The notes under the pieces: generated by a model
Told to the model about the DNA's origin: nothing
The model's database searches: none
The model's input: only the letters and a program-made list of their open reading frames with translations
From: Myxococcales bacterium
GTDB lineage: Bacteria; Myxococcota_A; Polyangia; Palsa-1104
DNA length: 64,000 nucleotides
Assembly: GCA_028287105.1 (NCBI GenBank)
Contig: JAQBQH010000274.1
Location: forward strand, 8,215-72,214
Direction: 5' to 3'
Program-made: the position numbers and the translations under genes
Shown: positions 1 through 9,616 of the stretch, one piece after another
Layout of the letters: the number at the start of each line of letters is the position of its first letter
Position numbering within the stretch: position 1 is the first letter of the stretch

Positions 1-759
1 ATAGTAGTCGGCGGTCCACTCCATCGCGTTGCCGGCGAGATCGAGGATGCCTTCGGGCGACACGCCCTCGGGGTGCGCGCCGACCAGCGAGACGAAGGTG
101 GCGCCGTCGCTGCCGTCGGGACGGATCAGCGCGACGAAGTCGCCGCCGGCATCGTCGGGCGCGGCAAAGCGGCCGTGGTTGAAGGCGGAGAGCCTCAGCG
201 CGTTGCCCCAGGGCCAGACGCGTCCGTCGGTGCCGCGGGCGGCGCGCTCCCATTCGGCCTCGGTCGGCAGGCGTGCGCCGCGCCAGCTGCAGTAGGCCTC
301 GGCTTCGCCGAAGGTGACCGAGGTGACCGGCATGCCGGCGCCGAGGAAGCGGCTGTCTGCGACGGTGAGCGGTCCGGGCGCGCAGCCGGCGGCGCGGACG
401 CAGGCGCGATAGGCAGCCACCGTGACCTCGACGCGATCGAGCGAGAAGCCGGAGACGTAGACCTTGCGCTGCGGCCCTTCGGTCTCGACGACGTCGCGGT
501 TGCACGACGGGCGGTGGCGCGGGCCGATCTCCTCGCGGCAGAGATCGAGCGCCGCCGACTGCAGCTCCGCCGAGGCGCCCATGGTGAAGAGGCCGCCGCG
601 GATCGCGACCATGGCGTCGAGCGGGCGGCGTACGACGGTGGCACCGCCGGTGCGCGCGTCGAAGCCGCTGGGCGGTGGGGTGGGTGGCGCCGGCGGCCTG
701 GCGGCGCCGGCGACCGTCAGCGTCAGGAGGAGGACGGCGCGCACCGCGCAAGGATACAC
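1..759 (-). CDS. Formylglycine-generating-enzyme (FGE-sulfatase/SUMF1) domain protein, secreted; C-terminus cut by the window edge
   Basis: My own translation of an open-ended minus frame that is absent from the ORF track. GTG at 757-759, signal-like VYPCAVRAVLLLTLTVAGAA, then GEAEAYCSWRGARLPTEAEWERAARG..RVWPWGN and LDLAGNAMEWTADYY, the hallmark FGE motifs. Confidence 0.8.
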   Translation of the reverse strand, partial: MYPCAVRAVLLLTLTVAGAARPPAPPTPPPSGFDARTGGATVVRRPLDAMVAIRGGLFTMGASAELQSAALDLCREEIGPRHRPSCNRDVVETEGPQRKVYVSGFSLDRVEVTVAAYRACVRAAGCAPGPLTVADSRFLGAGMPVTSVTFGEAEAYCSWRGARLPTEAEWERAARGTDGRVWPWGNALRLSAFNHGRFAAPDDAGGDFVALIRPDGSDGATFVSLVGAHPEGVSPEGILDLAGNAMEWTADYY

Positions 760-770
760 TGCGGCCGCCC

Positions 771-1772
771 ATGACGCTCATTCGCGCGCTCTTGACGCTC
801 GTCGTCCTCGAGGCAGCGGCCCGCGCGGCGCCGGTCCGCGGCGTGGCGCTCGGGCTGTTCAGCGAGGATCCGGGCTGGTCCTATCGGCCGCTGCTCGACG
901 AGATCGCGCGCACCGGCGCCGATCACGTGGAGCTGGTCGTGGCCTGGTACCAGGACGACGCCTCGTCGACGACGATCGGCGATCACCCGCGCTTCACGGC
1001 ACCCCCGGAGACGATCACGACCGCGGTCCGCGACGCGCGCGCCGCCGGCCTCCGCGTCACGCTCTTTCCCATCGTGCGTCTCGCGGCACCGCGCACGCCC
1101 GCCGAATGGCGCGGCACGCTGGCGCCGCGCGACCGCGCCGCCTGGTGGAAGAGCTACCGCGCCCGGCTGGTCGGGCTGGCGCGATTGGCCGCCCGCGCCG
1201 GCGCGACCGTGCTCTCCGTCGGCAGCGAGCTCTCGACGCTCGACGGCGCCGACGACCGCGCCAGCTGGGCGATGACGGTCAAGGAGGTACGGCGCGTCTT
1301 CGCCGGGCCGCTCCTGTACTCGGGCAACTGGGACCACTATCGCGACGTCGCCATCTACGATCTCGTCGACGTCGTCGGCCTGTGCGGCTACTTCGCGCTC
1401 GTCGCGCCCGGCGCCCCTTCCGCCGTCGAGGATGTCACGCGCGGCTGGCGCGATCTGCGCACCGAGCTGACCCGCTTCGCGCGCGAGCGCGGCCGGCCGA
1501 TCGTCTTCACCGAGGTCGGATACCGATCGATCCGCGGCGCCGCCGCCGCGCCGTGGGACGAAGGTGTGGCCGGGACCGTCGATCTCGACGAGCAGCGTCG
1601 CTGCTACGAGGCGTTCCGGCGGGTCTGGCGCGACGCGCCGCCCGAGCTCTTCGGCGGCGTCTACTTCTGGAACTGGTACGGATGGGGCGGCGCGACCTCG
1701 CGCGCCTACACCCCGCGCAACAAGCCCGCCGCCGCCGAGATCAAGGCGCTCTTCGCCGACCCGCCGGACTGA
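771..1772 (+). CDS. Secreted TIM-barrel glycoside-hydrolase-like protein (clan GH-A-like, family unassigned)
   Basis: Same frame as track ORF 675..1772. Likely start is ATG 771 (MTLIRALLTLVVLEAAARAAP signal). Candidate catalytic strands SVGSELS and IVFTEVGY; ends YFWNWYGWGG. Confidence 0.6.
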   Translation: MTLIRALLTLVVLEAAARAAPVRGVALGLFSEDPGWSYRPLLDEIARTGADHVELVVAWYQDDASSTTIGDHPRFTAPPETITTAVRDARAAGLRVTLFPIVRLAAPRTPAEWRGTLAPRDRAAWWKSYRARLVGLARLAARAGATVLSVGSELSTLDGADDRASWAMTVKEVRRVFAGPLLYSGNWDHYRDVAIYDLVDVVGLCGYFALVAPGAPSAVEDVTRGWRDLRTELTRFARERGRPIVFTEVGYRSIRGAAAAPWDEGVAGTVDLDEQRRCYEAFRRVWRDAPPELFGGVYFWNWYGWGGATSRAYTPRNKPAAAEIKALFADPPD

Positions 1773-2079
1773 GCCGCCTAGGGGCGATGCCGGTCAGTCA
1801 AGAACGAATAGCTTCGCGACGGCTGCGTCCGCTCTTGCGCCTGGTACCAGGGCGCTCCCTCGCTCATTTGCAACGTGCTCGACGCGCAGAGCGGAGGAAG
1901 TAAGGCGCGCTGCCGGCGGCGTAAAGGACCCGCGTCGCGCGCAGCGCGACATCAGCGGGTCCGCTGGAGGAGCACGCCGCGAAGCGGCGATTGCGACGGA
2001 TTCCGACGCCGGCAGCGCGCCTTGCTACCTCCGCGACCCCAGCCGTCTTTTCGCTTAACTGACCGAGTATGAAGTGGCG

Positions 2080-2652
2080 CTAGACGGCGTGCGGCGTTCC
2101 GATCGGCATGGGAGCGATGGGCGCCGGGCGTCCGACCTGGCGGAGGCGTAAGGAGAGCGCGATCAGGAGGACCCCGACGATCATCGCGTAGGTCGCGATG
2201 AGCCACGCGAGGACCAGGACGCCGGCCATCGGCAGCGCGATCATGAGGACGCCGAAGAGTATGGAGAAGATGCCGCCGAAGAGCAGCCACACCTCGCCCT
2301 CGATCGTGCGGCGCAGCTTGATGGCGAGCGCGATCTCGAGGGCACCTCGAGCCAGCGACCAGGCGGCAATCGCGGCGTAGAGCCCGATGGCCGTCAGCTC
2401 CGGACGAAACAACGTGATGGCGGCGGTGAGGATGCCGACGACACCGATGAGCGCCAGCTGCCACGAACGCCAACCGCTCAGCCACAGCGCGATCGCGGCC
2501 GCTCCGTCGATGAGCGCCCAGGCGCCGAACAGCGCCACCAGCGCCGCCAGCGCGGCGAGCGGCTGTATCAGCGCCAGCACGCCGAACGCGAACGAGAGGA
2601 TGCCGCGTAGCAGGAGGAGCCACCAGGTCGAATAGGTCTCGGTCGATGCCAC
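2080..2652 (-). CDS. HdeD/DUF308 family membrane protein
   Basis: 190 aa with six hydrophobic helices and the repeated WWLLLLRGILSFAFGVLAL-type DUF308 signature. Confidence 0.75.
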   Translation of the reverse strand: MASTETYSTWWLLLLRGILSFAFGVLALIQPLAALAALVALFGAWALIDGAAAIALWLSGWRSWQLALIGVVGILTAAITLFRPELTAIGLYAAIAAWSLARGALEIALAIKLRRTIEGEVWLLFGGIFSILFGVLMIALPMAGVLVLAWLIATYAMIVGVLLIALSLRLRQVGRPAPIAPMPIGTPHAV

Positions 2653-2762
2653 GATACCCGCCTTCTGCGCCGCGAGTGACGCACTCAGCTGGGAGGCAGA
2701 ATGCGTTCCAACGACGGCCTCGCGCTGTTAGCGAGCGTGGCAACCCGCGCTGGTGCCGCCTG

Positions 2763-3638
2763 TCAGCTCATCGCGCCCAGACGCGTGAGACGATCCGGAT
2801 CCGCCTGCAAGAAGATGTGGCGGATCTTGCCGTCGGCGACCGAGATCAGGATCGCCAGCACGGGCTGGCCGTTCTGCACGGCGACGACGGCGGGTTGACC
2901 ATTGAGTGTCCGCTCGCGGAACTGGGCGGGCGGCGATACCCGCTGCCGCGCGAGCGCCTTGATGAACGCGGCGACCCGCTTGTGGCCACTGACCGGCCGG
3001 CCGACGTTGCGCACCTTGCCGAAGCGTCCTCCGTCGGGCCCCGCGTCGCCGATGAGCACCACGTCGTCGGCGAGCAGCTCGACCAGCGGCTGCTCCTCGC
3101 CGCTGAGCGCGCCGACGAAGGCCATGAGGAGGCGGCGATGCTCTGCGGGCGAGGTGTGCAGCACTCGTCGCTCGGCGGTCACGTTCTGCCGCGCGCGCGC
3201 GAGCAGCTGCCGGCAAGCCGCCTCGCTCTTGCCGAGGAGCGCGGCGATCTCGTCGTGGCTCATGTCGAAGACCTCGTGGAGGAGCAGCACCGCCCGCTCG
3301 GCCGGCGTCAGTCGCTGCAGCACGACTACGAAGGCCATCGAGATCTGATCGAGCAGCTCGAGTCGGTCGAGCCCGCTCTCCCTCAGATCGATCGGCTCGG
3401 GTAAGCGATCGCCGCGGCTCTCCTCGCGACGCGCGCGCGGTGACGTGAGGTCGTCGAGGCAGAGGCGCGTGACCATCGTAATCAGATAGGCCCGGGGCGT
3501 GTCGACCTCGGCGCGCCGACCCTGCCAGCGCAGCCAGGCCTCCTGCACCATGTCCTCGGCGCGTGCCATGTCCCCGAGCATGCGATAGGCGAGCGCCAGC
3601 AGCGCCGGACGGTGCGATTCGAATGTCTCATCGCTCAT
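2763..3638 (-). CDS. ECF sigma-70 factor with SnoaL/NTF2-like C-terminal extension (SigJ/ECF41-like layout)
   Basis: Region 2 (AEDMVQEAWLRW) and region 4 HTH (MSHDEIAALLGKSEAACRQLLARAR), followed by a tail of about 120 aa. Confidence 0.8.
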   Translation of the reverse strand: MSDETFESHRPALLALAYRMLGDMARAEDMVQEAWLRWQGRRAEVDTPRAYLITMVTRLCLDDLTSPRARREESRGDRLPEPIDLRESGLDRLELLDQISMAFVVVLQRLTPAERAVLLLHEVFDMSHDEIAALLGKSEAACRQLLARARQNVTAERRVLHTSPAEHRRLLMAFVGALSGEEQPLVELLADDVVLIGDAGPDGGRFGKVRNVGRPVSGHKRVAAFIKALARQRVSPPAQFRERTLNGQPAVVAVQNGQPVLAILISVADGKIRHIFLQADPDRLTRLGAMS

Positions 3639-4071
3639 GATTCTCCACCGCCGCGGTCGCGTGACTGCGTTCGAAATAGAAATAGGAGACCATCAATATG
3701 CCGAGAAAGACCAATGGATCGATGACGAAGAGAACACTGAGGCTGGCGTCGCCGCGCGCGAAGTGGGCGATGCTCGCCGATATCAAGGTGATCGCAAATC
3801 CGAAATAGGCGAGCTCCTTCAGCTTGAACGGAACGCTCGGGATGAGCAGCGTCAGAACGCCGAGGATCTTGGCGATCGTCAGCTCGATCTTGAAATAGTG
3901 AGGCAGTCCCAGATGGACGAATGCTCCCTCCGGTCCATTGGGAAATGGGAAGTGATCGTTGAAGATGAAGTTGATGATGCTGAACACCATCACCGCGCAG
4001 ACGATGCCCGTCGCTGTCCGGTAGATGATGCGCTCTCGCTTCGTCAGCTGGCCGCTCGCTCGCGTCGTCAC
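3628..4071 (-). CDS. DoxX-like small membrane protein
   Basis: Only the last 147 codons of track ORF 3628..4962 look coding. GTG 4069-4071 overlaps the upstream stop (GTGA). Four TM helices. Its 3' end overlaps the sigma gene start by 11 nt. Confidence 0.6.
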   Translation of the reverse strand: MTTRASGQLTKRERIIYRTATGIVCAVMVFSIINFIFNDHFPFPNGPEGAFVHLGLPHYFKIELTIAKILGVLTLLIPSVPFKLKELAYFGFAITLISASIAHFARGDASLSVLFVIDPLVFLGILMVSYFYFERSHATAAVENHER

Positions 4072-4973
4072 GACAGGCTCCTTGCCGCCGCCGCGGGTCG
4101 CGCGGGCTCCACGCACTCGTCCCACCACGCGCGCAGCGCGACGACGATCTCTTCGGGTGCGTCTTCTTGAATGAAGTGGCTGGCACCGTGGAGGATGACG
4201 GTGCGGTGATTGGGCAAGAGCGCCTCGAAGCGATGGCGCTGGCGCGCGTCGAGGGCGCGATCGCGATCGCCCCACACGAACAGCACCGGCAGCGATGCGA
4301 GCTTGGGCAGATTGTCGCGCACGCGGGCCAGGTAGTCGCGCGCGGCCAGCGCTTGCCGGGGAAAGACGTGCGTCGGCTCGCGCGCGGCGCGTGTGGAGAA
4401 CGGACCGCGATACGCCGCCAGCTCGCGCGCGTCGAGTCGCTTGCGTCGGATGCCGAGCGGCAGGAGCACGTTCACGCCAAGGTTGAAGTTGCGGATGAGA
4501 AATCCACCCACCGGTCCGCCTACGACGCGGCCGACGATCTCGAACAGCAGCTCGCCGTCGAGCGGCCAGGCCCACGTGTTGCCGATGACGAGCGCGCGAA
4601 CGCGCTGGGGCTGGAGTCCGGCGAAGCCGAGCCCGATGGGACCTCCCCAGTCCTGCATGACCAGGGTGAGATCGCAGAGGTGGAGCGACTCCACGAACGC
4701 CGACAGCACGGCGGCGTGCTCGCCGGGAGTGAAGCCGTAGCCGGCCCGCGCGGTGGAGAGGCCGAACCCAGGATAATCGAGCGCGACGCAGCGAAAGCGA
4801 TCGCCGAGACCGGCGATGAGGTGCCGATAGACGAAGGAGTACGTCGGATTGCCGTGCAACATCAGGAGCGTCGGGCCCGTGCCCTGGTCGACGTAGTGGA
4901 CCCGGCAGCCGAGGACGTCGACGAAGTGACTGGGCGGCGGGAACAGGTCGGTTGGCAGCCACGTGGGTCTCAT
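4068..4973 (-). CDS. Alpha/beta hydrolase, haloalkane-dehalogenase-like
   Basis: LMLHGNPTYSFVYRH and the nucleophile elbow VMQDWGGPIG, over a 301-aa alpha/beta-fold length. Confidence 0.75.
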   Translation of the reverse strand: MRPTWLPTDLFPPPSHFVDVLGCRVHYVDQGTGPTLLMLHGNPTYSFVYRHLIAGLGDRFRCVALDYPGFGLSTARAGYGFTPGEHAAVLSAFVESLHLCDLTLVMQDWGGPIGLGFAGLQPQRVRALVIGNTWAWPLDGELLFEIVGRVVGGPVGGFLIRNFNLGVNVLLPLGIRRKRLDARELAAYRGPFSTRAAREPTHVFPRQALAARDYLARVRDNLPKLASLPVLFVWGDRDRALDARQRHRFEALLPNHRTVILHGASHFIQEDAPEEIVVALRAWWDECVEPARPAAAARSLS

Positions 4974-5101
4974 GATGAGGAGACTGGCCGGACGACGTGA
5001 ACGTGACGCGCGGCAGGCCGATTTCTGCGTACCTACATCATGCTGGGTGGAACGCCGCCGATCCGTCGCGCGGCGCGCGGCGCGCAGAGCGTGTCGACCC
5101 G

Positions 5102-6190
5102 TCAGCGTGCCGTGACGCCGCCGCCGCCGCGCGCAGCGGGCACGTTGGCGAACAATCGTTCACGCAGCCACAGGGACACATAGACGAGCGAGATCAGCGC
5201 TGGAACTTCGATGAGCGGTCCGACGACGCCCGCGAGCGCCTCGCCAGAGCGGATGCCGAAGAGCCCGACGGCGACCGCGATCGCCAGCTCGAAGTTGTTG
5301 CCGGCGGCGGTGAATGACAGCGCCGCGGTCTCCTCGTAGCTGAAGCCGAGCTTCCGGCTCACGAGGAACGCCGACACGAACGTGATCGCGAAGTAGAGGA
5401 CGAGCGGCAGGGCGATGCGCAGCACGTCGACGGGATGAGCAACCATCTTGTCCCCCTGCATGGCGAACATGATGACGATCGTGTAGAGCAGGCCGAAGAG
5501 GGCGGTCGGGCCGATGCGCGGTAGGAAGCGGGTCTCGTACCACTCCTCGCCGCGGCGACGGACCAGCAGCAGTCGGGTCAGGGCGCCCGCCACGAGCGGC
5601 ACGCCGAGGAAGATCGCAACGCTCTTGGCGATCGCCCCGATCGAGACGTGGAACTCCGTCACGTCGGCGCCGAACCAACCGGGCACGACGGTGATGAAGA
5701 GCCAGCCGAGCACGGAGTAGAAGGCGATCTGGAACACCGAGTTGAGCGCGACCAGGACGGCGGCCAGCTCGCCGCTGCCGCAAGCGAGCATGTTCCAGAT
5801 GAGGACCATGGCGATGCAGCGCGCGAGCCCGATCAGGATGAGGCCGGTGCGGTAGTGCGGCAGATCGGGCAGGAACAGCCACGCCAGGGCGAACATCAAG
5901 AGCGGTCCGATGACCCAATTGAAGACGAGCGAGGTGGCGACGAGCTTGCCGCGCGTGAGGTGGCCGAGCTTGCCGTATTTCACCTTGGCCAGGACGGGGT
6001 ACATCATCCAGAGGAGGCCGACGGCGATCGGCAAGGAGACGGTGTCGAGCTTGACGCGGTCGAGCGCCGGTCCGATGCCGGGCCAGGTGCGGCCCAGGCC
6101 GAGCCCGAGCGCCATGGCGGCGAAGATCCAGACCGGCAGGTAGCGATCCATCGTCGAGAGCTTCTTGCCTACCGCGTCGGTCATGACCAT
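5102..6190 (-). CDS. acr3: ACR3-family arsenite efflux permease
   Basis: LSTMDRYLPVWIFAAMALGLGLG..., LARCIAMVLIWN and TAAGNNFELAIAVA motifs. The start MVMTDAV overlaps the arsC stop (ATGA). The upstream 54 codons of the track ORF were rejected. Confidence 0.9.
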   Translation of the reverse strand: MVMTDAVGKKLSTMDRYLPVWIFAAMALGLGLGRTWPGIGPALDRVKLDTVSLPIAVGLLWMMYPVLAKVKYGKLGHLTRGKLVATSLVFNWVIGPLLMFALAWLFLPDLPHYRTGLILIGLARCIAMVLIWNMLACGSGELAAVLVALNSVFQIAFYSVLGWLFITVVPGWFGADVTEFHVSIGAIAKSVAIFLGVPLVAGALTRLLLVRRRGEEWYETRFLPRIGPTALFGLLYTIVIMFAMQGDKMVAHPVDVLRIALPLVLYFAITFVSAFLVSRKLGFSYEETAALSFTAAGNNFELAIAVAVGLFGIRSGEALAGVVGPLIEVPALISLVYVSLWLRERLFANVPAARGGGGVTAR

Positions 6191-6579
6191 CCGTTCGTCG
6201 AGATGAGCTGCCTCACCCGCGCTTCGATGTCGTCGCGGATCTCGCGGACGCGATCGCGCGGCTTGCCCTTGGGATCTTCGAGCGGCCAGTCGTCGCGACG
6301 CGCCCCGGGCACGACCGGACACGCATCGCCGCAGCCCATGGTGATGAGCCACTGGGCCTGCGACGCCAGCTCCGGCGTCAGCTTTTGCGGGGTCGCCGCC
6401 GCGAGGTCGAGGCCGCTCTCGCGCATGACCTCGACGACCTCGGGGTGCACGCGCTCGCCCGGTTGCGTTCCGGCAGAGATGGCGCGCGCCCTGGCGGAGT
6501 CGGCCAGGCGGTTGAACAGGGCGGCCGCCATCTGCGAGCGCCCGGCATTGTGAACACAGGCGAAGATCACCGTCGTCAT
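6181..6579 (-). CDS. arsC: Arsenate reductase, LMW-PTP (thioredoxin-coupled) type
   Basis: MTTVIFACVHNAGRSQMA (CX5R-S P-loop) plus MGCGDAC distal cysteines; 132 aa; ATGA overlaps on both sides. Confidence 0.9.
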   Translation of the reverse strand: MTTVIFACVHNAGRSQMAAALFNRLADSARARAISAGTQPGERVHPEVVEVMRESGLDLAAATPQKLTPELASQAQWLITMGCGDACPVVPGARRDDWPLEDPKGKPRDRVREIRDDIEARVRQLISTNGWS

Positions 6580-6941
6580 CGGCAGGATCCTGGTCCGCGC
6601 ACCCGGAGCAGGCGTGCGACGTCTTTGCGCAGGAGGTCCTGCCTCGTGAACGAACGGACGAGCAGCTTCATGTGCTGCCGGCACTCCAGGTCTTGCTGCC
6701 GCGCCAGCCGGTAGTAGACCCACTTGTCGCGACGCTGGTGCGCGACGACAGCGGCCGCGCGCAAGATGGCGAGATGGCGCGACGTGTTCGTCTGCGTCAG
6801 CTCCAGCGCCTCTTCGATGTGGCAGACGCACAGCTCGCCATGCGAGAGCAGCGCGACGATGCGCAAGCGCACCTCATCGCCCAGCGCCTTGAACAGCCGG
6901 GACATCGGCGTGACTTCGACTTCGGCAGCGGCGTAGCCCAA
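6576..6941 (-). CDS. arsR: ArsR/SmtB family metalloregulator
   Basis: LFKALGDEVRLRIVALLSHGELCVCHIEEAL (ELCVC metal site plus wHTH). TTG start at 6941 lies 7 nt after GGAGGA (6949-6954). ATG 6905 is an alternative start. Confidence 0.85.
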   Translation of the reverse strand: MGYAAAEVEVTPMSRLFKALGDEVRLRIVALLSHGELCVCHIEEALELTQTNTSRHLAILRAAAVVAHQRRDKWVYYRLARQQDLECRQHMKLLVRSFTRQDLLRKDVARLLRVRGPGSCR

Positions 6942-6986
6942 TCCGGCGTCCTCCCTGGGAGGCCGCTGGTATTATCATATTTCAAT

Positions 6987-7421
6987 TTAGTGGTGCAACG
7001 TCTCGATGTACGCGACGGTGGCAATCCAGTTGCGTTTCCGGCGGGCAAGGCGGGCGTCCTTCTCTTCGTCGTCGAGCTTCGCGGGCGCAGGGCGGAGGAG
7101 CGAGGGCGCAACACCCTCCAACGCGTTGACGTTGACGACGGCATAGAGCTGATCGTCGATTCGGCTGGTCACCACGGGGACGATGCCGCAGCGGGTGCAG
7201 ACATGGAATTGAGCCGTTCGGGTTCCGAACTCGTATTTCGAGACGAGCGACCGATCCGCGACCACCACCTCGAGCGCAGCGGCGGGATTGGAGGTCCAGA
7301 CGCCGCCGTGCTTGACGCAAAACGAGCAGGTGCACGCGCGCGCCGGAATCTCGACGGGATCGGGCTCCCAGGTCAGCCTCAACGCGATGTTTCCGCAGTG
7401 GCAGCCACCGTGTATCAACAT
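6987..7421 (-). CDS. GFA/CENP-V family Zn-Cys protein (glutathione-dependent formaldehyde-activating-like)
   Basis: MLIHGGCHCGNIAL...CTCSFCVKHGG...HVCTRCG cysteine pattern. Start taken at ATG 7419-7421 inside track ORF 6987..7655. Confidence 0.75.
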   Translation of the reverse strand: MLIHGGCHCGNIALRLTWEPDPVEIPARACTCSFCVKHGGVWTSNPAAALEVVVADRSLVSKYEFGTRTAQFHVCTRCGIVPVVTSRIDDQLYAVVNVNALEGVAPSLLRPAPAKLDDEEKDARLARRKRNWIATVAYIETLHH

Positions 7422-7535
7422 GCTGCGTCCCTCCGTCGCTGTCCGACGCCAGTATCGCCGCGCCCGACGCGTGGCATCGTAGCGTTTTTTGCAAGCGCGA
7501 CACGTCGCGCCGCGGGAGTGGGGCGCCAGTGGGAA

Positions 7536-7559
7536 AACCGTGTTCTCGAGAGCACGGTT
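7536..7559. promoter_or_regulatory. Near-perfect 24-bp palindrome AACCGTGTTCTCGAGAGCACGGTT in a divergent intergenic region
   Basis: Read directly. There is one mismatched pair. It lies between the GFA start (7421) and the GH26 start (7609). Confidence 0.4.
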
Positions 7560-7608
7560 GCGCCCTCGACGGCGCTCTAAGTGCGGGTGATCGCGGCTGG
7601 CCACCCTC

Positions 7609-9114
7609 TTGCTACAGGGGCCTACACTGCAGGAGGCCCACGTGAAGCTGCGCAAGACCCCGAATCAGCGTCGTCGCCAGGTCCTGATCTACCTGTTCGC
7701 TTGCGCCGCGCCGATCGCGGCAGCCGGCTGCAGCGCGCCTGGTGGCGCCATCGGCGCCTCGGCGGCACGGGAATCACCCGCGCCGGGCAGCGCCGTCCGC
7801 GGCCTCGGCAACAAGTGCCTCGACGACAGCGGAGGTGGCACCGACCCGGGCAACAAGATCCAGCTGTGGGACTGCAACGGGACCGTGGCGCAGCAGTGGA
7901 CGCTCGATCAAGGCCGGCTCGTCGGGCCAGGCGGCAAATGCCTCGACGTGCAGTGGGGCAACCAATCCGACGGGGCGATCGTGCAGCTCTGGGATTGCAA
8001 CGGGACCGCGGCGCAACAGTGGACCATCAACGGCGGCGCCATCGTCAGCGCCGGCGGCTTGTGCCTCGACGTCAAGGGCTACGGCACCGACAACGGAACC
8101 CAGATCGAGCTGTGGCATTGCACGGGCGGGGCGAACCAAACCTGGAGCTTCGCCAGCCCCGGCGGTCCGGGAACCCCGGGCAAGGGTGCGGCCGGCGTAC
8201 TGAGCTACCTGCAGTCGATCGTCGGCAAGCGCACCATCTCGGGGCAATTCGTCGAGGCCGGTCCCATCGATCCGATCAACGCCATCGCCGAGAGCACCGG
8301 CAAGTGGTTGGGCCTGATCGGCCTCGACTACTTCCACTACAACGTTCCCGGCCTGGCCATCCTCGACGGGAACGCGGTCGCCGAGCAGTACGCGAAGGCG
8401 GGCGGGTTGATCACGCTCTCGACGTCGATGCCCAATCCGACCTCGCGCAACGGGCTGGCCGATACGTCGTACGTGCCGGCGGATCAGATCCTCGTGCCTG
8501 GCAATCCCACGCACGACCAGTTCATGGCGACGCTCGACAGCATCGCCGTTGGGCTGCAGCAGCTCGACAGCGCCGGCGTCGTCGTCATCTATCGTCCGTT
8601 CCACGAGCTGACCGGAAACTGGTTCTGGTGGGGACGGCAGAACTTCAACGCGGCGCAGTTCCGGGCCATGTGGCAGTTCGTGCACGACTACTTCACGAAG
8701 ACGAAGGGTCTGACGAATCTGTTGTGGCTCTACGCGCCCGCGAATACCAACGATCCGAGCAACAACACCGTCGTTTCTTATTATCCGGGTAACGAATATG
8801 TGGACGTCGTCGGAATGGACCTTTACAGCGACGATCCCGCGCGCGACGGCGCTTCGATGTACGCGACGCTGAACGGCTTCGGAAAACCGATCTTCCTCGC
8901 CGAATTCGGGGCCGGCCAACCGGCGTACGGAAACACCAACTTCAGCGAGCTGACGCTCGTCGACGCCATCAAGAGGACGATGCCCAACGTCGTCGCGTGG
9001 CAGCAGTGGTGGGACGGCAACGCCGGCAACGTCGGCTGGGGCATGGCAGAGACGCGCGACGTGGCGGCGGCGTTGAGCGACCCGCGCGTGCTCAACCGCG
9101 GCGATATGCAGTGA
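7609..9114 (+). CDS. Secreted ricin-B lectin (CBM13-like) + GH26 beta-mannanase
   Basis: Lipoprotein-like signal (AAAGC). Three QxW repeats (AQQWTL, AQQWTI, NQTWSF). GH26 motifs YRPFHELTGNWFWWG and FLAEFG. GTG 7642 is an alternative start. Confidence 0.85.
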   Translation: MLQGPTLQEAHVKLRKTPNQRRRQVLIYLFACAAPIAAAGCSAPGGAIGASAARESPAPGSAVRGLGNKCLDDSGGGTDPGNKIQLWDCNGTVAQQWTLDQGRLVGPGGKCLDVQWGNQSDGAIVQLWDCNGTAAQQWTINGGAIVSAGGLCLDVKGYGTDNGTQIELWHCTGGANQTWSFASPGGPGTPGKGAAGVLSYLQSIVGKRTISGQFVEAGPIDPINAIAESTGKWLGLIGLDYFHYNVPGLAILDGNAVAEQYAKAGGLITLSTSMPNPTSRNGLADTSYVPADQILVPGNPTHDQFMATLDSIAVGLQQLDSAGVVVIYRPFHELTGNWFWWGRQNFNAAQFRAMWQFVHDYFTKTKGLTNLLWLYAPANTNDPSNNTVVSYYPGNEYVDVVGMDLYSDDPARDGASMYATLNGFGKPIFLAEFGAGQPAYGNTNFSELTLVDAIKRTMPNVVAWQQWWDGNAGNVGWGMAETRDVAAALSDPRVLNRGDMQ

Positions 9115-9325
9115 CGAGGCGCGCGTAAATCGCACGAGCGCGAATACCAATCACCGCTCGATATTTGTCGCGCAAACATTGCTCGCGAATCCCAGGCGTC
9201 TTTTTCTTGATCGAGTGAGTCAGCTCAGTACGATGCAACCGTTGTGTCGCCCCGACGAAGCGGCCATGGAGGTGGCTGTGGAGCGACACGGAAAACAACC
9301 AGCAGGGGGAAAGGAGACCCGCATC

Positions 9326-9595
9326 ATGAAAAAGACTCTCTTCTCGGTCGTGGCCGCGTTCGCCTTCAGCGTCACGTCCGCCGCCTACGCGCAGTCCACA
9401 CCGTCAACCGATAAGGCTCCACCGCCTCCGAGCGGATCGACGGGCTCGGATGCGACGGGCTCGCCGTCCGCCGGCACCGAGACCGGTACGGCCGATACGA
9501 GCAAGACCAACAGCGGCAACAGCGCCAAGAAGACCGGCAAGAACAAGCAGGGCAGCGACACCAGCTCTGACAAGCCCGGCACCAGCAAGTACTAA
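9326..9595 (+). CDS. Small secreted low-complexity (S/T/G/K-rich) protein
   Basis: AAGGAG at 9311-9316, ATG 9326, signal MKKTLFSVVAAFAFSVTSAAYA, followed by about 65 disordered residues. Confidence 0.6.
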   Translation: MKKTLFSVVAAFAFSVTSAAYAQSTPSTDKAPPPPSGSTGSDATGSPSAGTETGTADTSKTNSGNSAKKTGKNKQGSDTSSDKPGTSKY

Positions 9596-9616
9596 GTACC
9601 AACGACGCAAACGAGC

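Noticed and set aside
1927-1961. Nested hairpin GGACCCGC-(GTCGCGC gca GCGCGAC)-atca-GCGGGTCC in the 771-1772 / hdeD intergenic region
   Set aside because: It lies about 150 nt from either stop codon and has no T-tract, so I cannot support a terminator or ncRNA call. It is noted here only as structure.
3628-4962. 444-aa ORF spanning the hydrolase gene
   Set aside because: The first roughly 297 codons are an Arg/Pro-rich out-of-frame overlap of the alpha/beta hydrolase. Only the last 147 codons (DoxX-like, 4 TM helices) were kept.
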